A DNA stretch of 64,000 nt, taken from positions 727 to 64,726 of the forward strand of contig JAJVID010000143.1 in assembly GCA_022072205.1 (NCBI GenBank), written 5' to 3'. The stretch comes from Acidobacteriota bacterium. Its GTDB lineage: Bacteria; Acidobacteriota; Blastocatellia; RBC074. The notes beneath the pieces are model-generated. The model had not been told where the DNA came from, made no database searches, and was given only the letters and a program-made list of their open reading frames with translations. Made by a program: the position numbers and the translations under genes. Numbering within the stretch: the stretch's first letter is position 1; each line of letters starts with the position of its first letter. This document shows positions 30,789-41,504 of this stretch, piece by piece.

Positions 30789-32303
30789 ATGAAACGAGTG
30801 ATTTTTCAACTCACCCGCACGCTGACGATGATTGCCCTGGCGACGCTGTTGGCCGGTTTGGCGCAGGCTCAAGCGCCCGGCGGACAGGCGCAGCGTCCGT
30901 CCACCAAGGGCACGGTGATCAAAGGCAAAGCGCCCGTCAACAAGGAAGTCCTCAAAGTCAAACTGCCGAAACCTTACGAAACCAAATTGAGCAACGGCTT
31001 GCAAGTGCTGGTGCTGGAAAACCACAAGCTGCCGCAGTTCAACATGCAGATGGTCATCCTGAGCGGCGGCCTGGCCGATCCGGCGGATCAACTCGGCGCG
31101 GCGCAATACACCGCCACGATGCTGCGCGAAGGCACGCAAACGCGCGACAGCAAGAAGATCGCCGAACAGATTGATCAACTCGGCGCCTCGCTCAGCGCCA
31201 ACGCCGGACTATCGTCGCTGACCAGCGTGGTTTCGGCTTCCGGCCTGACCGACAACTTCGATCCGATCATGGAGTTGTTCGCCGACGTGATCCTCAATCC
31301 GAGCTTCCCGGCGGAAGAGTTCAACAAACTGAAATCGCGCAACCTCGCGCAGATTCGTTTGCAGCGGTCGCAGCCGGGCTTCCTGGCCGCCGAGATGTTC
31401 ACGAAGGTCATGTACGGCTCGCATCCGGCGGCGCGCTTCGCCCTCTCGGCGGAACAGATCGGGCGCATCACGCCCGAGTCGCTGCAAAAATTCCACGCCG
31501 CGAACTACAAACCGAACAACGCCATCTTCGCCATTGTCGGCGATGTCAAACCGGCGACGGTCATAGCCAAACTCGAAAAGGCTTTCGCTTCGTGGAAGCC
31601 GGGCGAGGTTCCAAAAACCGAGATTCCTAAAGTGGCTGAGACCGGCGCGGCCAAAATCTACCTGATTGACCGTCCCGGCTCGGTCCAAACCAACCTGGTG
31701 GCCGGAACGCTGACCATCGAACGCACCGACCCGGATTACTTCGCGCTTGAGATGATGAATCAAGTGGTGGGCGGCGGCCCGAGCGCCCGGCTGTTTATGA
31801 ACCTGCGCGAAGACAAGGGCTACACCTACGGCGCCTACAGCAACGCCTCATCGTCCAAATACCGGGGGCGATTCCAGGCCAACACCGAAGTCCGCACCGA
31901 CGTGACCGACGGCTCGATGAAAGAGTTGCTCTACGAATTCAAGCGCATCCGCGACGAAAAGATTCCGGCGGAGGAGTTCGACCGCGCTCAACGCACGATC
32001 ATCGGCGGATGGGCCTTGCAGCTCGAATTTCCGCAATCGGTCTTGCAGAACGCCATCACGTCGAAGCTTTACGGCCTGCCGGCGGATTACTGGGACACTT
32101 ATCCGCAGAAGATCGCCGCAGTCACGCCCGAGGATGCGCAGCGCGTGGCGCGGAAATACCTCGATCTCGGCAAGTTGCAAATCGTCGCAGTCGGCGACGC
32201 TAAAAAGATCGCAGGCGCGCTCAAGGCTTACGGCGCAGTCGAGCTTTACGATACCGAAGGCAAGCCGCTACAATCGCCTTCCGTTGAAGCGAAGACAAAA
32301 TGA
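30789..32303 (+). CDS. M16 family peptidase-like protein (non-catalytic partner, no HxxEH)
   Basis: Signal peptide and M16 fold-like sequence. The HxxEH position reads AAQYTATMLREG. It lies 18 nt after the catalytic subunit gene. Confidence 0.8.
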   Translation: MKRVIFQLTRTLTMIALATLLAGLAQAQAPGGQAQRPSTKGTVIKGKAPVNKEVLKVKLPKPYETKLSNGLQVLVLENHKLPQFNMQMVILSGGLADPADQLGAAQYTATMLREGTQTRDSKKIAEQIDQLGASLSANAGLSSLTSVVSASGLTDNFDPIMELFADVILNPSFPAEEFNKLKSRNLAQIRLQRSQPGFLAAEMFTKVMYGSHPAARFALSAEQIGRITPESLQKFHAANYKPNNAIFAIVGDVKPATVIAKLEKAFASWKPGEVPKTEIPKVAETGAAKIYLIDRPGSVQTNLVAGTLTIERTDPDYFALEMMNQVVGGGPSARLFMNLREDKGYTYGAYSNASSSKYRGRFQANTEVRTDVTDGSMKELLYEFKRIRDEKIPAEEFDRAQRTIIGGWALQLEFPQSVLQNAITSKLYGLPADYWDTYPQKIAAVTPEDAQRVARKYLDLGKLQIVAVGDAKKIAGALKAYGAVELYDTEGKPLQSPSVEAKTK

Positions 32304-32306
32304 AGA

Positions 32307-32404
32307 ATGGTGGTTGGTAGTTGGTGGTTGGTGGTAGAGACGTAAAATTTTACGTCTCTACCACCAACCACCAACTACCAACCACCAACCACTAACCACC
32401 AACT
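32307..32404 (+). repeat. perfect 80-nt palindrome of TTGGTGG/CCACCAA heptads, extending to the next start codon
   Basis: 32308-32347 is the exact reverse complement of 32348-32387. Units are atggtgg ttggtag ttggtgg ttggtgg on the left and ccaccaa ccaccaa ctaccaa ccaccaa ccactaa ccaccaa on the right. The ATG at 32405 follows 2 nt later. Confidence 0.95.
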
Positions 32405-32809
32405 ATGTCTGAAATCAAAATCAGAGTTCTGTTAGCCAAGCCCGGACTGGACGGGCACGACCGGGGCGTCAAGGTCATCGCCCGCGCGCTGCGCGACGCG
32501 GGAATGGAAGTGATCTACACCGGCTTGCGTCAGACGCCCGAACAGATCGTCAACGCCGCGTTGCAGGAAGACGTAGACATCATCGGGCTTTCGATCCTGT
32601 CGGGCGCGCATATGACGATCTTCCCGCGCGTGCTCGACCTGATGCGTGAAAAAGGTATGGACGATGTGCTGCTTTTCGGCGGCGGCATCATCCCCGAAGA
32701 CGACATCCCGAAACTCAAGGAGGCTGGGGTCGGCGCAGTTTTTCTGCCCGGCGCTTCAACCGAAGACATCATCAAATACATCCGCGAGAACGTGAAACCA
32801 CGCGAATGA
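32405..32809 (+). CDS. cobalamin (B12)-binding domain protein, acyl-CoA mutase small subunit
   Basis: DxHxxG motif ([27 protein letters not shown]) and SILSGAH. Confidence 0.9.
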   Translation: MSEIKIRVLLAKPGLDGHDRGVKVIARALRDAGMEVIYTGLRQTPEQIVNAALQEDVDIIGLSILSGAHMTIFPRVLDLMREKGMDDVLLFGGGIIPEDDIPKLKEAGVGAVFLPGASTEDIIKYIRENVKPRE

Positions 32810-32827
32810 TCCGAGCGTGTCCAAACG

Positions 32828-33496
32828 ATGTCCTCCTCAATTCTGCTCACCGAACACGGCCATCACGCGATCATCACGCTCAACCGCCCGTCGCGACTCA
32901 ATTGTCTGACCAGAGAATTGATGGAAGAGTTGGCCGAAATCATCTTGAATCTGAGCCGGAACGATAGTCTGCTCGCGCTGATCATCACCGGCGCAGGCGG
33001 CCTCTTTTCTGCGGGCGCCGATTTGAGCGAAGTCGCCGCGCTCGATCCAACGACGGCTTTTGGATTTTCACGGCGAGGACAGGCGATCCTGGCTTCGCTC
33101 GGCGACGCAGCGCTGGTCACCATCGCCGCGATTGACGGTCATTGTCTGGGCGGTGGGCTGGACATTGCGATGAGTTGCGACCTGCGATTCGCCACGCCGC
33201 GCGCTACGTTTCAACATCCCGGCGCCAAACGCGGCATCATCACCGGCTGGGGCGGCACACAACGATTGCCGCGAATCGCCGGAGTTGACGCCGCACGCCG
33301 AATGCTCATCACCGGCGACCGCATTGACGCTGAAGAAGCGCATCGCCTCGGCCTCGTCAACAAAATCTGCGACGACGCGTTGGATCACGCCTGCCGGTTC
33401 GCCGAGCGCGTTTCAGCGAAATTCACGAGGGAACAACTCCTGGCCATCAAAACGGCCCTGGATCAAGGGAATTCATGCTTTCCGCTCAAACCATAA
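32828..33496 (+). CDS. enoyl-CoA hydratase/isomerase (crotonase) family protein
   Basis: [16 protein letters not shown] and [15 protein letters not shown] motifs. Short form (222 aa). Confidence 0.8.
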   Translation: MSSSILLTEHGHHAIITLNRPSRLNCLTRELMEELAEIILNLSRNDSLLALIITGAGGLFSAGADLSEVAALDPTTAFGFSRRGQAILASLGDAALVTIAAIDGHCLGGGLDIAMSCDLRFATPRATFQHPGAKRGIITGWGGTQRLPRIAGVDAARRMLITGDRIDAEEAHRLGLVNKICDDALDHACRFAERVSAKFTREQLLAIKTALDQGNSCFPLKP

Positions 33497-34434
33497 TCGA
33501 AGCCGAAGCTCGCATCCGCCCGCTCGTGCGCGAAACGCCGGTTGATCATTCTCTTCACCTGAGCGAACTGGGAAACGCCTGCGTTTACCTCAAACTCGAA
33601 CACCTGCAACACACCGGCTCGTTCAAGCTGCGCGGCGCGACGAACAAAATTCTCTCGCTCACCGAAGAGCAATTGCGCCGGGGCGTGATCGCCGCTTCGA
33701 CGGGCAATCACGGAATGGGCGTCTGTTACGCCGCTCGCCACGCGGGCCACGCTGGAACGACAGCGACGATTTATTTGCCGCGCGACGTTTCGGAACAGAA
33801 GCTGGCGATGATCAAACACCTCGGCGGCATCTCCGTCACATCCAACAATGATTGCCTGGACGCCGAGAACAAAGCCCGCGCGGCGGCTGAAAAATCAGGC
33901 CAGGTCTTCATCTCGCCTTACAACGACCTTGAAGTCATCGCGGGTCAGGGCACGATCGGCGTGGAACTCGCCCGGCAGATCAATCGGATTGACGCGATCT
34001 TCGTGGCGGTCGGCGGAGGAGGGTTGATCGCAGGGATCGCAACGTACCTGAAAACGGTCAGTCCGCAAACCCGCATCATCGGCTGCTGGCCTGAAAATTC
34101 GCGCGCGCTATACGAATGCCTGCGCGCAGGCCGCATCATCGAAGTTCCAGAAGAGCCGACGATCTCTGAAAGCACGGCGGGCGGCGTCGAAGAAGACTCG
34201 GTCACTTTCCCGCTCTGTCAACAATTGATTGACGAGCATACGCTGGTTTCGGAAACTGAAATCCGCGAGGCGATGCGCCTGATCTTCGACAAAGAGCATT
34301 GGATCATCGAAGGCTCGGCGGGCGTCGCCGTCGCGGCTTACCTTAAAGAGCGTGAGAGATTCGCCGGTCAAAACGTCGCTATCGTTCTTTGCGGGCGCAA
34401 CATCGCGCCAGGCAGGTTGAAAGAAATCTTGTGA
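33475..34434 (+). CDS. PLP-dependent threonine/serine dehydratase family enzyme (no ACT regulatory domain)
   Basis: PLP lysine motif [15 protein letters not shown] and glycine loop [11 protein letters not shown]. It overlaps the preceding gene by 22 nt. Confidence 0.82.
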   Translation: MLSAQTIIEAEARIRPLVRETPVDHSLHLSELGNACVYLKLEHLQHTGSFKLRGATNKILSLTEEQLRRGVIAASTGNHGMGVCYAARHAGHAGTTATIYLPRDVSEQKLAMIKHLGGISVTSNNDCLDAENKARAAAEKSGQVFISPYNDLEVIAGQGTIGVELARQINRIDAIFVAVGGGGLIAGIATYLKTVSPQTRIIGCWPENSRALYECLRAGRIIEVPEEPTISESTAGGVEEDSVTFPLCQQLIDEHTLVSETEIREAMRLIFDKEHWIIEGSAGVAVAAYLKERERFAGQNVAIVLCGRNIAPGRLKEIL

Positions 34435-34518
34435 AACGAACCAGGCTGATGAACGGAATCGAAGTTGGCGAAGAATCGAATTTCCTTGTAATAACGCCTT
34501 TAGTCGTCCTTCTCTGAT

Positions 34519-35856
34519 ATGCCTCACTTACTACAACTTCTTTTGCTGCTCGCGATCATCGTCTTCGCGGCGAAGGCCGCCGGAGCGCTGAGCGTGCGCT
34601 ACGGTCAGCCCGCGGTCTTCGGAGAAATACTGGTCGGGTTGCTGCTCGGCCCGACCGTGATTGACCTGCTGCATCTGTGGCCGTTCGCCGCCGCAAATGA
34701 TTCGCTCGGAAGCGTCGTCAAGGATTTCTCAGAGATTGGCGTCATCCTGCTGATGTTCGTGGCCGGTTTGGAAACCGATCTTGACGAGATGAAACGTGTG
34801 GGCCGCGTCGCGTTCTGGGCGGCGGCGGGCGGCGTCATTTTGCCGATGGCGGGCGGAGCGGCGGCGGCGCGCGTTTTCGGCTACGGCTGGCGCGAAGCGA
34901 TCTTCATCGGCACGGTGTTGACGGCGACCAGCGTTTCGATCTCTGCGCAGACCTTGATGGAATTGAAGCAGTTGCGCTCGAAGGAAGGCTCGACGATTTT
35001 GGGCGCGGCGGTCATTGATGACGTGATGGGGATCATCGTCCTGTCGCTGGTCGTGGCGTTTTCGACGGTCGGCGGCGCAACGGGCGCGGGGAACACAAAC
35101 GCTGAAACGACGCTGCCGGCGTTGATCTCCGGCGCGGTTTTCAACGGCGGTAAAACCGCGGAGATATTTTTCGTGATCGCGCTGATGACGATCTTCTTCG
35201 CGATTTCGATCTGGTTCGGGCTGAAGTTTTTCGACCGCCTGCTGGCGCGCGTGAAGCAGGTTCCGGCCAGCCAGGCGTTGCTGGCTTTCGCCGTCGGCGT
35301 GGCGTTCATTTACGCCTTCCTGGCCCAGTACATCGGCCAGGTCGCGGCGATCACCGGGTCATACATTGCGGGTGTGCTCTTCACGCGCACGAGGTTCAAA
35401 CGCGAGATTGACGAGGGCATTCACCCGTTGACCTACAGCATCCTCGTCCCGGTCTTTTTCATTTCAATCGGTCTCGAAGCCAACGGGCGCGCGCTGCTGG
35501 GAGACGCGGCAAAACTGTCGCTGATGGCCGTGATACTGATTGTCGCGATTGTGGGCAAGGTCGTTGGTTGCGGCGTGGCGGCGCGTTTGTGCGGTTTCAA
35601 TCGTCAGGAATCCATGCGAGTCGGCGTCGGAATGATCTCGCGCGGCGAAGTAGGTTTGATCGTCGCCGGCGTGGGGCTGGCGAGCGGCGTCATCAACCAG
35701 GAGATTTTTTCGATCATGGTGATCATGGTTCTGGTGACGACCATGGCCACGCCGCTGCTGCTTCGGCTGGTTTTCCCGCGCGTGGCCGAGGAGCGCGTCG
35801 AGATTTACGAAGCCATCGCCGGAATTGAAGACGCCAGGTTAGACCGTGATGAGTAA
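34519..35856 (+). CDS. cation:proton antiporter (CPA family)
   Basis: ~12 TM segments and an N-terminus typical of Kef/NapA-type exchangers (GQPAVFGEILVGLLLGP). Confidence 0.82.
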   Translation: MPHLLQLLLLLAIIVFAAKAAGALSVRYGQPAVFGEILVGLLLGPTVIDLLHLWPFAAANDSLGSVVKDFSEIGVILLMFVAGLETDLDEMKRVGRVAFWAAAGGVILPMAGGAAAARVFGYGWREAIFIGTVLTATSVSISAQTLMELKQLRSKEGSTILGAAVIDDVMGIIVLSLVVAFSTVGGATGAGNTNAETTLPALISGAVFNGGKTAEIFFVIALMTIFFAISIWFGLKFFDRLLARVKQVPASQALLAFAVGVAFIYAFLAQYIGQVAAITGSYIAGVLFTRTRFKREIDEGIHPLTYSILVPVFFISIGLEANGRALLGDAAKLSLMAVILIVAIVGKVVGCGVAARLCGFNRQESMRVGVGMISRGEVGLIVAGVGLASGVINQEIFSIMVIMVLVTTMATPLLLRLVFPRVAEERVEIYEAIAGIEDARLDRDE

Positions 35857-35888
35857 CGAACATCAAACGGGAGTTCGTAAAATTTTTT

Positions 35889-35926
35889 AGCGCCGGCTAT
35901 CGTCAGGCGTCTCCGAAGCCGGCGCT
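35889..35926. terminator. stem-loop between convergent genes
   Basis: agcgccggct (35889-35898) pairs with agccggcgct (35917-35926). T/A runs lie on both flanks. Confidence 0.45.
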
Positions 35927-35934
35927 CGATGGTT

Positions 35935-36657
35935 TTAAAACGTGATGCCGTAATACATGAACAGCCCGTTATTTTTCCTGCCGCTATTGCCGATGCTGTA
36001 GCCGATATTGAAGAGACTGTTCTTCGGCAGCGCGAAGGAAAAGCCCGGCGTAACGTAGCCGAATCCGTTCTTGCCGCTGAACCAGTCGGCGACGAAGCTG
36101 ACGCGTTTGGCGACCGGCTGTTCGTAACCTACTATCGCGCCGCTTTTGTCCACGCCGTCAATGTCGAGTCCGCCCAGGCCGTAACCGCCAACCGTCAGGC
36201 GCGGGCCGTAATCGCCTCTAAATTTCCTGCTGGCGTTGACGTAGAAAAGGCCGAACGTGTCGTTATCGCTGCGGTTCCTGAGAGGCGTGAAGGCGATGGC
36301 GCCGACGGCCACCGCCGAGCCGTTCTCTTCATTCGCGTAGAACTGCCATTTGATGTTCGGCTGCGCGTAAACAGTCGTCGGGGCCGCCGAGCGCGTAACG
36401 CTAACGTTCAATCCGACCTCGACGCCTTTCCTCAGGCCGTAAACTACGCGAGGCGCATAGGTCTGGAACCCGCCGTTGTCGCGGCTTTCCAGATGACTGA
36501 TGAAATCGAACTCGACGTAGGCGCTCTTCCTGGCCACGACGTCGGTCGAAGGGATGTTGAAGATGGTTGATTGGGCGAACGCCTTGTTTCCGCACGCAGC
36601 GGCGAGCGCGATCATCAAGACGGTTCCGAGACAGGTAGAGTTGCGTTTCAGCGTCAT
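35935..36657 (-). CDS. outer-membrane beta-barrel protein
   Basis: Start at ATG 36655-36657 (AAGGGGGA SD). Signal peptide MTLKRNSTCLGTVLMIALAAACGNKAFAQ, alternating beta pattern, and terminal aromatic ...YYGITF. Confidence 0.65.
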   Translation of the reverse strand: MTLKRNSTCLGTVLMIALAAACGNKAFAQSTIFNIPSTDVVARKSAYVEFDFISHLESRDNGGFQTYAPRVVYGLRKGVEVGLNVSVTRSAAPTTVYAQPNIKWQFYANEENGSAVAVGAIAFTPLRNRSDNDTFGLFYVNASRKFRGDYGPRLTVGGYGLGGLDIDGVDKSGAIVGYEQPVAKRVSFVADWFSGKNGFGYVTPGFSFALPKNSLFNIGYSIGNSGRKNNGLFMYYGITF

Positions 36658-36887
36658 GGTGGTTATCCCCCTTAAACTGAGATTTGATTGACTTGCGCCG
36701 CCAACCACCTGCCGGAACCTCAGCGGGAGAAACCACGAATGAGCGCCTTGCCAACTCTTGAAGACAGGTCTTACACTCATGCGCGATCGCGCCGGTAGCT
36801 ACAGACAGTTGCCAGTGCGGTTTCCATCGGGGGCGTTTCGCGATGATGTTGCCGCATCATCGAACAAGCGAAACGCCCCTGTCTTTT

Positions 36888-37229
<342 letters not shown>

Positions 37230-37283
37230 TTAGCCTCTTTTCTCGGAACGAAATTCAAACCGCGAATTTCAGATTGAACCGCG

Positions 37284-38747
37284 TTACTCGCTGACAGGTT
37301 TCGCCGCTGCCGCAAACACCGGCTCGGCGTAACTCAAACCCGGGTGCAATGACGAAGCCACGTCCAAATCCAGGTTGTATCCTTCTTCGCCGTGCTGCGA
37401 CAGGTCCAAGCCTGTCACCTCGTCTTCGCCGGTCACTCGCAAGCCGATGACGGCGTCCACCACTTTGAGGATGATGAGCGTACCGATCACGCCGAGCGCG
37501 ATCGCAATGCCCGCCGCGATCAATTGATTGAGGACCTGCTTCGAGTTCCCTTCGAGCAGGCCGACCGGGCCGCCGCTGAACACATCGTTGACCGCCTTCG
37601 TCGCAAAGACGCCGGTCAGAATCGCGCCCGTGAAACCGCCCACGCCGTGAACGCCGAACGCGTCGAGCGAATCGTCATAGCCGAGTTTCTTCTTCAATTC
37701 AGTCACGGCGAAGAAGCAAACCACACCCGCGATGAAACCGACGGCTAACGCCGCCATCGGCGTGACGAACCCCGAAGCCGGAGTGATGCCGACCAAACCG
37801 GCGACCGCGCCGGAAATTGCGCCGAGCACTGTCGGTTTGCCCTGCCTGAGCCATTCAACGATCATCCATCCCAGCGCCGCCGCAGCCGCCCCGAAGTGCG
37901 TCGCCACAAACGCGCTCGAAGCCAGTTTACCGGCCGAAACCGCGCTGCCCGCGTTGAAACCGAACCAGCCGACCCACAGCAGACACGCGCCGATCACGCT
38001 CAGTACCAGACTGTGCGGCGCCATCAACTGCTTCGGGAATCCGATTCGTTTGCCCAGGTAGATCGCGCAGACCAGCGCCGAAAAGCCCGACGAGATGTGA
38101 ACCACTGTGCCGCCTGCGAAATCCAGCGCCGGAATCTTGCCATTGAGAGCCGGCAGCGCCAGCAATCCGCCATTGCCCCAGACCATATGCGCCAGCGGGA
38201 AATAAACGAACGTGGCCCACAACGCCGTGTAAGCCAGCATCGCGCTGAACTTCATCCGCTCGGCGAATGCGCCGGTGATGAGCGCCGGAGTGATGATGGC
38301 GAACATCAACTGGAACATCATGAAAGTCTGGTGCGGGATCGTCGCGGCGTATGCCGTGTTCGGGTCGCCTCCCACGCCACTCAGAAACAGATAATTCAAT
38401 TTGCCGAAGAACGGCGTGCCTTCGGCGAAAGCGATGCTGTAACCGTAAACCGCCCACAGCACGGTGACGACGCCCATCATCACAAAACTTTGCATCATCG
38501 TCGCCAGCACGTTCTTCTTGCGAACCAGGCCGCCGTAAAACAGCGCCAGTCCGGGGCCGGTCATCATCAGCACGAGCGCGCAGCAAACCAGCATCCAGGC
38601 GTTGTCGCCAGCCAGTTGCGCGCCAGCCGCCGCAGTTTCAACTTTCGCCAGCCGCTCTTCGACCGTTTGCGACAGGGCGGCGGGCGCGATTGTCAGACCA
38701 CACATCAAGGCGAAGACGGCCTTGCGGAAATTCAACTTTGTTGTCAT
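37284..38747 (-). CDS. amtB: ammonium transporter
   Basis: Signal peptide plus 11 TM, with Amt signatures (DFAGGTVVHISSG, GVHGVGG). Confidence 0.93.
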   Translation of the reverse strand: MTTKLNFRKAVFALMCGLTIAPAALSQTVEERLAKVETAAAGAQLAGDNAWMLVCCALVLMMTGPGLALFYGGLVRKKNVLATMMQSFVMMGVVTVLWAVYGYSIAFAEGTPFFGKLNYLFLSGVGGDPNTAYAATIPHQTFMMFQLMFAIITPALITGAFAERMKFSAMLAYTALWATFVYFPLAHMVWGNGGLLALPALNGKIPALDFAGGTVVHISSGFSALVCAIYLGKRIGFPKQLMAPHSLVLSVIGACLLWVGWFGFNAGSAVSAGKLASSAFVATHFGAAAAALGWMIVEWLRQGKPTVLGAISGAVAGLVGITPASGFVTPMAALAVGFIAGVVCFFAVTELKKKLGYDDSLDAFGVHGVGGFTGAILTGVFATKAVNDVFSGGPVGLLEGNSKQVLNQLIAAGIAIALGVIGTLIILKVVDAVIGLRVTGEDEVTGLDLSQHGEEGYNLDLDVASSLHPGLSYAEPVFAAAAKPVSE

Positions 38748-38813
38748 AGCCGGTGTTTCCTCAGTTAAAGGTAGTTGTTGTACTTCAATTGGCCTACTGG
38801 CTGCTCGAACCGC

Positions 38814-41504
38814 TCAATTTCTTTTTTCACTGAGCGCGTTCCGAATCGCGTCCTCGATGACCGGCAGATCAGCGTCCGCCAGCTTTTCGCCCGCCGCGTT
38901 CGTCACGTAGAAGACGTCTAAAGCGAGGTGTTTTTCAGTCGCCACTTTTGCAAACACGATGTCCAGATCGAGAGACGTGAGCGTGTTTGCGATCTTGTAA
39001 GCCAGTCCCAGGCGGTCGCTCGTTCTGAGTTCCAGAATCGTGCTTTTGCCTGACGACTGGTTATCCCAGCTTATTCGCGTCGCGCCCTGAACAAGCGCCT
39101 TTCGCCGCTGAAAGCGCGAGCCTGTTTGCGAGCGCAATCTTTTTTCAACAGCCGCGGCCACGTCCAGTTCGCCGCCAATCGCGCGGCGGATCGCGCTGTC
39201 AATCTGTTCCCACCGCGCGGGATCGGTGATTGGCTCTCCGGCGGTGTCGCGCACCTTGAATGAATCAATCGCAATTCCGTCGGCGCGCGTGTTCAGTTGA
39301 ACGCTGAGAATGTTGACGCCCTGCGCCGTCAGCGTTCCCGCGACGCCGGCGAAAAGCCCTCGCCGGTTCGGGGCGCACAGATGCAGATCGGCGCATCGCA
39401 TTTGAGTGTCAACCCTCCAACTGGTTTTGACCGGACGCGAATTGAGCGTGTGCGCCAGCCGGATGTGTTCGATGATCGTTTGCGGCGGAACCGACCGCGC
39501 GTAATCTTCCGGCAGCAACCCGAAATGTTTTCGCGTCACGTCAACGTCAATTTCGCTCGCCAGCATCCGCCCCACGCGTTCGCGCAACTCTTCGGCGCCG
39601 CGCTCCGGCTGTTTGTCCGGCGACAGAACCGCGCGGGCTTTCGTGTACAGTTCCCACAGCAGCGAATCTTTCCATTCGTTCCATACGCCCGGCCCGACGC
39701 CGTTGATGTCGCCGTAAGTCAGCAGCGTGAGCATGTTCAGGTTGTCGAGCGTCCCGATCTTCTCTGCGAAATCGCCGATCACCTTGTCGTCCGACAGGTC
39801 ACGCCTCTGCGCGATGTGTGACATCGTCAGGTGATGGCGAATCAGGAATAGCGCCTGCTCGGTCATCTCAGCCTCCAGGCCGAGCCGCGCCATCGCCCGT
39901 TCGGCGATTCTGATTCCCTTCTCTGTGTGATTGCCGCCAAGCCCTTTGCCGATGTCGTGCATCAACAAACCCAGATGCAACGTCGCCGCATCGCTGATCT
40001 CGCCGTACAGGTTTCGATAGCGCTCCGTCTGTTTGCCGCGCGAACCGGCGAGTTCATCCAGCGCCTCAATCGTCCGCAGCGTGTGTTCGTCAACCGTGTA
40101 GCGATGATAAAGATCGTGTTGAACCAGACAGGTGACGCGCCCGAATTCGGGTAGAAACTTTCCCAGAAAATCGAGTTCATGCATCAATCGCAACGTCGCC
40201 GCGACGCGTCCCCTGGCCCGCAGCATCTTCAAAAACGATTGCGCCCCATCGGTCGAAGAGCGAAAGGCCCGATTCACAGCGGGCAGGCTCGATTGAATCG
40301 CGTCCTGCAGGTTGACGCTGAATCCTGCGCCAGTGGCCTGCGCGTAGCCGAAAGCCATCATCATTCGAGCGCCGTCAAGCTCTTCGCCCGCGTTCGCGGT
40401 ATCGAGCGTTCCGTCCGACATCACGAATCCGCCTGCGGCTGTGGTTGAACGCGAGCGAGCGAACCAGTTCTTTTTTTGGCGCGCGGCGATGGCGCGTCGC
40501 AGATGCGATTCGCACAACCTATGCAGCCGCCGCGCATGCAGGTAATAATCCCGCATGAAAATTTCCGACGCCTGTTGCCTTTCCGAATCCGCATAGCCCA
40601 GGTTGCGCGCCACCTGTTGCTGCAAATCGAGCGAGAGCAGATCTGTGCGGCGCGATGTCAGGAAGTGCAGATCGTTGCGCACGCGCAGCAAAAACTCATA
40701 AGCTGCGCCGATGGCTTTCGCGTCGCGTTCGGGAATGACTTCAGCTTTAATCAGCCCTTCGAGCGTCGTCTGGCCGTACGCCACACGCGAGGCCCACAAC
40801 AACTCGTGCAGATCGCGCAATCCGCCCGCGCTCTCCTTGATGTTCGGCTCCTGCAAACACGCGGCGCTTCCGAACTTGGCGTAACGCGCCTCGCGCTCTT
40901 TCAACAGTTCATCGAGCAACGCCGGTTTCTGTTTTTCAAATATCTCTTCGTCCAGCCGCTCCGTCAGTTGCTCGAACAACCCGGCGTCACCCCACAACAG
41001 CCTCGCGTCAATCATCGAGTTGCGCGATACGACATCTTCCCTGGCCATCGAGACGCAGTCGCCCAGGCCACGCACGCTGTGGCCGACGTTGAACCCGATG
41101 TCCCAGAGCAGGTAAAGAATCGCTTCGCTCAACTTCGCGGCGGCGACGCTGTCCCTGCGCCCCTGATGCAGGAACATAATGTCAATGTCCGAATGCGGCG
41201 CGAGTTCACGCCGCCCATATCCGCCGAGAGCGACAACCGCGAACTGCCCAGCATTCGCGCCGCCGAGCTTTTCCTCAACCGCCGTTCGGGCGATGCGCTC
41301 GATCAACAAATCAACGATCAAACTGCGGGCCGCGACAATCTGCGCTCCGTTCACCCCGAACCGGTGGCGCAAGCTCAGCCGCTGCGTTTCGATCTTCAGG
41401 AATTTTTTGAGCGCGGCGAGACGTTGCGCCGGACTCGGCTGGCTTTCGATCTTCCGCAGCTTCTCGCCCGCGTGCCGCTCGATTGTGATCATGTCAATCT
41501 GCAT
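38814..41504 (-). CDS. glnD: [protein-PII] uridylyltransferase/uridylyl-removing enzyme
   Basis: Nucleotidyltransferase domain (GGYGRRELAPHSDID), HD domain (LLMHDIGKG) and two C-terminal ACT-like domains. The first ATG is 41504; the track ORF starts at TTG 41534. Confidence 0.9.
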   Translation of the reverse strand: MQIDMITIERHAGEKLRKIESQPSPAQRLAALKKFLKIETQRLSLRHRFGVNGAQIVAARSLIVDLLIERIARTAVEEKLGGANAGQFAVVALGGYGRRELAPHSDIDIMFLHQGRRDSVAAAKLSEAILYLLWDIGFNVGHSVRGLGDCVSMAREDVVSRNSMIDARLLWGDAGLFEQLTERLDEEIFEKQKPALLDELLKEREARYAKFGSAACLQEPNIKESAGGLRDLHELLWASRVAYGQTTLEGLIKAEVIPERDAKAIGAAYEFLLRVRNDLHFLTSRRTDLLSLDLQQQVARNLGYADSERQQASEIFMRDYYLHARRLHRLCESHLRRAIAARQKKNWFARSRSTTAAGGFVMSDGTLDTANAGEELDGARMMMAFGYAQATGAGFSVNLQDAIQSSLPAVNRAFRSSTDGAQSFLKMLRARGRVAATLRLMHELDFLGKFLPEFGRVTCLVQHDLYHRYTVDEHTLRTIEALDELAGSRGKQTERYRNLYGEISDAATLHLGLLMHDIGKGLGGNHTEKGIRIAERAMARLGLEAEMTEQALFLIRHHLTMSHIAQRRDLSDDKVIGDFAEKIGTLDNLNMLTLLTYGDINGVGPGVWNEWKDSLLWELYTKARAVLSPDKQPERGAEELRERVGRMLASEIDVDVTRKHFGLLPEDYARSVPPQTIIEHIRLAHTLNSRPVKTSWRVDTQMRCADLHLCAPNRRGLFAGVAGTLTAQGVNILSVQLNTRADGIAIDSFKVRDTAGEPITDPARWEQIDSAIRRAIGGELDVAAAVEKRLRSQTGSRFQRRKALVQGATRISWDNQSSGKSTILELRTSDRLGLAYKIANTLTSLDLDIVFAKVATEKHLALDVFYVTNAAGEKLADADLPVIEDAIRNALSEKRN

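Noticed and set aside
38748-38813. Sigma-54 (TGGCAC-N5-TTGC) promoter upstream of amtB.
   Set aside because: There is no acceptable GG-N10-GC match in the 66-nt glnD-amtB spacer. Co-transcription with glnD is more likely.
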